Positions 27,168 through 32,492 of a DNA stretch of 32,492 nucleotides are shown here, piece after piece. The notes beneath the pieces were generated by a model. That model searched no databases, was not told the origin of the DNA, and saw nothing but the letters and a program-made list of their open reading frames with translations. Made by a program: the position numbers and the translations under genes. Origin of the DNA: Myxococcota bacterium (GTDB lineage Bacteria; Myxococcota; Myxococcia; Myxococcales; Myxococcaceae); assembly GCA_049322255.1 (NCBI GenBank), contig JBMORE010000029.1:1-32492 (forward strand), read 5' to 3'. Position 1 is the stretch's first letter, and every line of letters starts with the position of its first letter.

Positions 27168-29501
27168 GTGAGCCGCCGCCTTCTCCTCATCGCGGGAGTG
27201 CTCTTCCTCCTCGGCATCGCCGGCGCGCGGGTCGTCGGTCGACTGCGCGCTGCGCAAGGGCCGCCGAGTGAACCGCGGCCCGTGAGCGTTCTGCGCGCAG
27301 TGGGTCCGCGTCTGGTGAGCAACCAGACCTCTCAGCCGCTCTCCATCTATGGTGAGGGTCTGCGGCCTGGGCAGTCGCTTCGGCTGTCCGCTCCCGCCGA
27401 CGTGGAGCTGCCGCTGCTCGTCCTCGACGAGGGCCACGCCTATGCGCGCTTGCCGGGGGACGTGGAGCTGCCGGCCGATCAGGCCCAGGTGCCGGTGAAG
27501 GCGACGCTGAGCGAGGGGGAGGGGAGCGCCCAGCTCACCTTGGTGAACGACCGCGCCTTCCCCGACCTGGTGGCCATGGCCAGCTCACGCGACGGCGCGA
27601 TGTTGTTTGCCGCGTCGACCACGACTGATCAGGTTTTCGCCTTGGAAATCGCCAGCGGAAAAGTCACCGCGCTGTCGACGCTCGACGGCCCGGTTTCGTT
27701 GGCCACCTGGATGCACGCGCCGGGTGCCGCTCCGGTGGGAGCCCGGGAACGCTCCCGAGAGTGGCTGGTGATTGCGCACCAGTTCTCGCCACGGCTTTTG
27801 CTTCTTTCCATCGATGGTGACCTGGGGGCGGATCGGGTCCTGTTGCCGGCGCCCGCTTATGCCGCTTCGGTGCTCGTGGACGGCGATGTGGCCTACCTGG
27901 CCGAGCATGCCCAGGACACGGTGGTGGCGCTCTTTTTGGCGGAAGGAGGACGGGAGCTCTGGCGGGCGAAGGTTGCGCCCAACCCGCGGGCGCTGGCCCG
28001 TGTGGCCTTGTCCCCGCTGGACAGAACGGAACCAGGGCTGGTGGTGGGAAGCCTGCAGACCGGGGAAGTGGAGCTGCTCGATGCACGCACGGGAAAAATC
28101 CTCGGAGCCCTGCAACCTGGGCCGGGAACGCCCATCGTCGGCGGCACCACCCAGAAGTACGCCAAGTACGTGATGAACGGTAAGGCGCCGCGCGCGCTGG
28201 CGTACTCGCGCCGGTTGGGAGCGCTGTTTCTCTCCAGCATTGGTCCCAACATCGGCCCCAACCCCGACAAGATGGAGGTGTCGATGAACGGCGGGGTGGG
28301 GGTAATCGACCCTCCGGCACGACGATGGCGTCGGCACTTGGGCTTCGGCGCGGGGGTGACCGAGGCGCTCGCCCTCGATGACGAAGCGGGGCTCCTCTAT
28401 GCCTCGGACGTGGGGCTGGGGTTGGTGCGGGTGCTCGACGCCAAGAAGTTGGCGGGAGCCGACGCGAGCGCGAAATCGGCGCTGATTTCGGAGCTGGCCC
28501 TTCCTCCCCCCGAAGGCTTTCCCACCGCGCGTCCCCCCGATGATTACGGGGTGAAGGGGCGGGCGGGCGCCTCGCTCCATTCGGGACCGAAGGCGCTGGT
28601 GCTCGCTCCTGACGCCCGTACCCTCTTCGTGCTCAACCGCTTCACCGGCAGCCTCGCCGCCGTCGACGTCTCCCAAGCCGCCCAGGGGAAGGCCGCCCTC
28701 CTTTGGCAAAAGCAGGTGGTGAACACCCTGAGCCAACGCGTTCGCCGGCTGGGGCAGGTGCTCTATTTCGCCGACATGGGCCGCACCGCGATGACCTGCG
28801 ATGCCTGCCACCTGGAGGGCCATACCGAGGGAGTGTTCTTCGAGAAGACCCATCCTTTGCGCATCTACCGCTCCTCCACCGTGCGCGGCAGCCGGGACAC
28901 CCCGCCGTACTTCACCCCCGCATCCACCCGCTCGATGGCCGAGACCGCGGCAGTGGTGGGCGGACGAAACCGCTACCACAACCCGGATCCGACGGTGGCG
29001 GAGGTCGAGGCGCTCTCCTTGTACTCGAGCGCGGTGACGCTTCTACCCAACCCCTTCGCGCAGCCCGACGGCTCGCCGCCGACGTCCTTGACGCTGCCCG
29101 ACGGCCAGGTGGGAAACGCACGCGCCGGGCTTTTGCTCTTCGAAGGGAAGGCGGGCTGTGTCGAATGTCACCCCGCGCCGCACTACACCATCGATCAAGA
29201 GCCCGCCACGCGGGGGCGCTATCTCGACGTGGGCACCCCCCACGCGCTGAGGCTGCGGCCCTCGATGCAGGACCTCACCTTCGAGGGATTTGCCCCGCCC
29301 GCGCTTTTGGGCAGCTGGGACGTGTTTCCCATGCTCACCAGCGGCGCCGCCGGCCTGGTGGTGCGGCCCGATGAAAGCCTGGGCGTCTCCACGCGCTTTC
29401 CCCTACGAGCCGCCATTCTCGACTACCCCCAGCACGGCAAGGCCGCCGCCTTGAGCGAGCAGGAGCAAAACGACCTGCTCGCCTTTGTGCTCTCGCTCTG
29501 A
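27168..29501 (+). CDS. Exported beta-propeller (YncE-like) protein with a C-terminal di-haem c domain (bCcP/MauG-like); possibly MtsA-like
   Basis: N-terminal hydrophobic leader, Ig-like segment, propeller repeats (PRALA, GPKALVL, LFVLNRFTGSL), CDACH at 28797-28811, CVECH at 29157-29171, terminal LSEQEQNDLLAFVLSL; start GTG 27168 or TTG 27150. Confidence 0.85.
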   Translation: MSRRLLLIAGVLFLLGIAGARVVGRLRAAQGPPSEPRPVSVLRAVGPRLVSNQTSQPLSIYGEGLRPGQSLRLSAPADVELPLLVLDEGHAYARLPGDVELPADQAQVPVKATLSEGEGSAQLTLVNDRAFPDLVAMASSRDGAMLFAASTTTDQVFALEIASGKVTALSTLDGPVSLATWMHAPGAAPVGARERSREWLVIAHQFSPRLLLLSIDGDLGADRVLLPAPAYAASVLVDGDVAYLAEHAQDTVVALFLAEGGRELWRAKVAPNPRALARVALSPLDRTEPGLVVGSLQTGEVELLDARTGKILGALQPGPGTPIVGGTTQKYAKYVMNGKAPRALAYSRRLGALFLSSIGPNIGPNPDKMEVSMNGGVGVIDPPARRWRRHLGFGAGVTEALALDDEAGLLYASDVGLGLVRVLDAKKLAGADASAKSALISELALPPPEGFPTARPPDDYGVKGRAGASLHSGPKALVLAPDARTLFVLNRFTGSLAAVDVSQAAQGKAALLWQKQVVNTLSQRVRRLGQVLYFADMGRTAMTCDACHLEGHTEGVFFEKTHPLRIYRSSTVRGSRDTPPYFTPASTRSMAETAAVVGGRNRYHNPDPTVAEVEALSLYSSAVTLLPNPFAQPDGSPPTSLTLPDGQVGNARAGLLLFEGKAGCVECHPAPHYTIDQEPATRGRYLDVGTPHALRLRPSMQDLTFEGFAPPALLGSWDVFPMLTSGAAGLVVRPDESLGVSTRFPLRAAILDYPQHGKAAALSEQEQNDLLAFVLSL

Positions 29502-29548
29502 ATTGACCTAATCTGCCTCCTGTTCGTCGCAGGGGAGGAACTGAAACC

Positions 29549-30391
29549 ATGAGCGTGAAAACGGTCGGACGTACGAAGAAGGTGCAGAACGCGGACAACC
29601 GGGTGGGGACGCCGCGACAGCGCGCCCTACTCGCCATGGATGCCTTGGTGACGCGGGCGGTGAAGAAAGGCGAGCTGCCAAAAGCCAATCTCAGTCTCGC
29701 GCTCGGCGACAGCTTCCTGTTCAGAGGTCAGGGCAACGTGCGCGCGGTGGCGGTGGAGATGGAAGGCCATGAAGGGCTGCCGGCGTACCCGAGGTACGAC
29801 CGGGTGATGGTCGACGACAAGAACAAGACCTTCTACGTCGACCACCATGTGGAAGGGCAGCTGGGACCGTTTCCTCTTCCGAAGGGCGTGACGCTGGCGA
29901 CACTTCTCGACGACGGGCGTCCTTTCCCCCGCGCGAAAAACGAGCTCCAGAAGGCAGTCGGTGCGCTGGCCAAGGTCGTCGAGGAGGGGCTCCCCAGAGC
30001 GTATGCCAAAGGCAGCCGCCTGCTCGATTTTCGCGGGGGCGCCTTCCGCGCGCCGGACGGAGAGCGCTTGGCGCACCACTACATCGACGACCACACGGGT
30101 CGGATTCCCGGCGGGGCGGTGATGATCGGCAAGCGCAACTTTTGGGTCGAGATGATCCCCGGCATCTCCGGCCAAGCCCTCGGGCCCTTCCCGCTCCCGA
30201 AGGACTTCAACGCCAAAGCGCTGTCGAAGGGGGGAAACGCCCCCACCCCCAAGCGCAACGACGCCTTCGACTCAGGTGGCTCCAGTCGTCCTTCCGTTCA
30301 CTTGAGCGACTCCGGTAGGTGGCCCAGGCCGAGCTACGTCAACTCCGGGTCGGGAATCTGGCCGGTGTCGCCGGGTGGCCGGCCTTCGTAA
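29549..30391 (+). CDS. Hypothetical protein with an internally duplicated module
   Basis: GGAGG RBS; LGPFPLPK occurs twice; Ser/Gly/Pro-rich repeated tail. Confidence 0.75.
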   Translation: MSVKTVGRTKKVQNADNRVGTPRQRALLAMDALVTRAVKKGELPKANLSLALGDSFLFRGQGNVRAVAVEMEGHEGLPAYPRYDRVMVDDKNKTFYVDHHVEGQLGPFPLPKGVTLATLLDDGRPFPRAKNELQKAVGALAKVVEEGLPRAYAKGSRLLDFRGGAFRAPDGERLAHHYIDDHTGRIPGGAVMIGKRNFWVEMIPGISGQALGPFPLPKDFNAKALSKGGNAPTPKRNDAFDSGGSSRPSVHLSDSGRWPRPSYVNSGSGIWPVSPGGRPS

Positions 30392-31334
30392 GCGTTACGC
30401 ACCGTCGACCTTCGACGCCTGGAGCGCCGCCCTACGCGTGGCGGCCGAGCTGGAGCGGCGCCGTGACGTGTTCGGCGTCGCGGTGACGGGTTCGTTGGCT
30501 CGCGGAGACTTCGTCGCGGGCAGCGACGTCGACCTATGGGTGCTCGGCCCCAAAGATGCGCGGGAAGAGCGGATGGTGGGCGGCGTCGCGGTGTCGCTCC
30601 TGTGGCTCGAGCTGAAGCGGGCGAAAACCCCGGAGGCGTTGCTTCGCTTCGAGGTCGACGATGCGGTGGTGTTGAACGACGTCGGCGGCCACTTCGCGCG
30701 GCTCAAAGACACTTCCCACCAGCGTCGAGCGGAGCTGGTCTCCTTCGCCGCCCATGCCGCGGCCCTCTCGATGCACCTGGTCGTCACCCGCGCTCAGGCG
30801 GCGCCCCCTGAGCTCGCGGTGGCGTCTTTGCGGGAAGTGGCTCGGCGGGGGGCGGCGCTGGTGGTGTTCATGGAGCGTGGGTGGCGTGTTCCTCGTCTGA
30901 GGCATTTTTTGCGCGCACTCCGCCCCCCGCATTTCCATCGTCTCATCGAGCTACTCGCGCTTCCGCGCGACGTGCGGCCCCTGCTGCCGCTGCTCCGAAG
31001 AGCGCTTCGCGATGCGCCGGCGGTGCGCGAGCTCCCGCTGCCTGAGCTTACCCTCGTCCGCCGCTACCTCGACCACGGCAGGCATGGCGATGCAGTGGTA
31101 GCGATTCGCCAGGGGCTCCCCCCAGGCCCCGACGACCCGTCGGCTGCGATGAGCGAGGCACAGCAAGCCCTCTTTCGCGCGGTGCACGGCTTTGCGAAGG
31201 CTCCGCCGAGGCGGGCCGCGGTGGCACGCCTGGCGCGTCAGGTGCTCGCGTTGCTCGGTTCGCTGGGCGTTTTCCGCCTCACCGCCGGCCATGCTCCGTT
31301 GGAGCGCTCCCTTCGCCGCTGGGCTGGAGCTTGA
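30375..31334 (+). CDS. Nucleotidyltransferase (Pol-beta/MNT fold) domain protein
   Basis: VAVTGSLARGDFVAGSDVDLWV = GS-x10-DxD motif followed by a helical C-terminal region. Confidence 0.8.
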   Translation: MAGLRKRYAPSTFDAWSAALRVAAELERRRDVFGVAVTGSLARGDFVAGSDVDLWVLGPKDAREERMVGGVAVSLLWLELKRAKTPEALLRFEVDDAVVLNDVGGHFARLKDTSHQRRAELVSFAAHAAALSMHLVVTRAQAAPPELAVASLREVARRGAALVVFMERGWRVPRLRHFLRALRPPHFHRLIELLALPRDVRPLLPLLRRALRDAPAVRELPLPELTLVRRYLDHGRHGDAVVAIRQGLPPGPDDPSAAMSEAQQALFRAVHGFAKAPPRRAAVARLARQVLALLGSLGVFRLTAGHAPLERSLRRWAGA

Positions 31335-31361
31335 CGGCGGTCGAGGGTTAACCTCCTGGGC

Positions 31362-32492
31362 ATGGTAAGGGGTCTGGTGGTGGGTGTCCTCCTGGCGAGC
31401 GCGAGCGCCGGGGCGGTCGACGCTCTCTTTGCCGGTTCGCTGGCGACCGATTTCCGCTACGTCTCGCCGCCAAGCGACCCGCAGGCCTTTTCCCGGCTGT
31501 CCATCGACAGCGTGACGCTCGAGGCCAGCCAGAAGATTGTCGTCGAGCTCGGTAACGGAGTGAGCTTCTCGGTGAAGGCCTGCGCGGGCTGCCACGGCCT
31601 GGAGCTCGACCAAGCCTATGGCGAAGTCCACGCCCACCGGTTTTTCAACCTGCGCGCCGGCCGCCTCAACGTTCCTTTCGGGGAGTTCAACGCCCGCCAT
31701 GACCCGCGAAACTTCTCCGCCCCCTCCAAGCCGTTGCCATACGCGATGGGCGACATGCTCTATTACAGTCGGCAGGAGCTCAACCTGGGCATCGTTCCCG
31801 CGCCCTGGGTAGACAACGGCGCCGAGGTCTTCGGCAGCTTCGCGCTCGGTGAGCGCCTCTCATTGGACTACACCGCTTTCTTGGTGAAGGGGTTGGCGGG
31901 AGACAACGACCTCGACTTCGCCAGCTCGCGCAGCTACGTGGACATCAACCGTACCCCTACCTTGGGTGGCCGGCTGGTGCTGGCGGGAGACGACTGGGCC
32001 GTCGGCCTCTCGGGAAGCGGGGGCACCTACGACGCCAAGGATCGGTTCTGGTACCTGATGGCGGGGGTGGAGGGCTACCTTCGTTTGGGCGCGTGGACCT
32101 TCCGGGCCGAGGCGCTCGAGCGGCGAACCGACCTCGACCCCGACGACCCGGACTACAGCGTTCCTTTGAAGGACCCGTGGTTTCTCAAGCTGGGGTGGTA
32201 CGCCCAAGTCGACTGGGAGCTTTCGCCGAAGCTGCTCCTTTTGGTGCGCACCGACGGGCTGCATCGGCTCGGGGTGCCTCTGCCAGGCAGCGCGTTGGGC
32301 GCCGCGCTGGCGGGCAGAGATCCGAACGTGGCCACGACTCCCTCGGTGGGAGTGCAGCGCCAGACGTTGGGGGTGCTGGTGCGCCCCAGCGAGCACTTGG
32401 CCATCAAGGCTGGTTACGAGCTGTGGACGTTTTCCGGGTTGTCGTATCAGCGAACGCACCTGGGCCGGGTAGGCCTGGTGTTGGGGTACTAG
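31362..32492 (+). CDS. Porin-like outer-membrane beta-barrel with a CxxCH motif
   Basis: signal peptide; LDQAYGE, NLRAGRLNVPFGEFN, GGRL, GWYAQ and KAGYE strand motifs, terminal aromatic residue (VLGY); CAGCH at 31581-31595. Confidence 0.8.
   Translation: MVRGLVVGVLLASASAGAVDALFAGSLATDFRYVSPPSDPQAFSRLSIDSVTLEASQKIVVELGNGVSFSVKACAGCHGLELDQAYGEVHAHRFFNLRAGRLNVPFGEFNARHDPRNFSAPSKPLPYAMGDMLYYSRQELNLGIVPAPWVDNGAEVFGSFALGERLSLDYTAFLVKGLAGDNDLDFASSRSYVDINRTPTLGGRLVLAGDDWAVGLSGSGGTYDAKDRFWYLMAGVEGYLRLGAWTFRAEALERRTDLDPDDPDYSVPLKDPWFLKLGWYAQVDWELSPKLLLLVRTDGLHRLGVPLPGSALGAALAGRDPNVATTPSVGVQRQTLGVLVRPSEHLAIKAGYELWTFSGLSYQRTHLGRVGLVLGY

Noticed and set aside
9467..27322. Long N-terminal extensions in the ORF track (starts 9742, 9465, 14376, 14298, 19274, 19762, 22866, 24507, 27322)
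   Set aside because: They overlap neighbouring genes and are Arg/Pro-rich noise; internal starts give signal peptides or stop/start overlaps
27399..27473. 15-bp direct repeat GACGTGGAGCTGCCG at 60-bp spacing
   Set aside because: Only two copies, in frame (DVELP) within a CDS; not CRISPR-like and no element between them
31058..31075. RRYLDH as a HEPN Rx4H RNase motif in the nucleotidyltransferase
   Set aside because: Too short and common in an Arg-rich protein to call without a structural match

Overview
High-GC window, most likely from a myxobacterium (inferred from the Glt/Nfs-type gliding-machinery paralogues). (1) 239-9466, minus strand: a tightly coupled arginine operon argC - argJ::argB fusion - argR - argH - argF - carB. 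It has ARG-box palindromes over the argC start and lacks argD, argG and carA. (2) 9645-12735: small membrane/OM genes (one with a sigma54 promoter and upstream palindrome), a cupin, and a second standalone argJ that may start at a non-canonical ATT. (3) purE-purK and a divergent Cys-rich periplasmic-binding lipoprotein. (4) 16044-27043, minus strand: an eight-gene envelope cluster paralogous to the Glt/Nfs machinery (GltF-, GltG-, GltA/B-, GltC-, GltD-like, two lipoproteins, a long TPR protein) with no AglRQS motor in the window. It sits head-to-head with a secreted beta-propeller/di-haem c protein. (5) 29549-32492: a duplicated-module hypothetical protein, a nucleotidyltransferase-fold protein and a porin-like beta-barrel carrying a CxxCH motif. 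A boxC/REP-like palindrome (CCCTCTCCC-N3-GGGAGAGGG-N2-3-GGGTGAGGG) occurs four times, and two inverted copies are translated in frame at the argJB/argR junction. No rRNA, tRNA, CRISPR array or transposase was recognised. All family calls come from motif recognition by eye, not from database searches.
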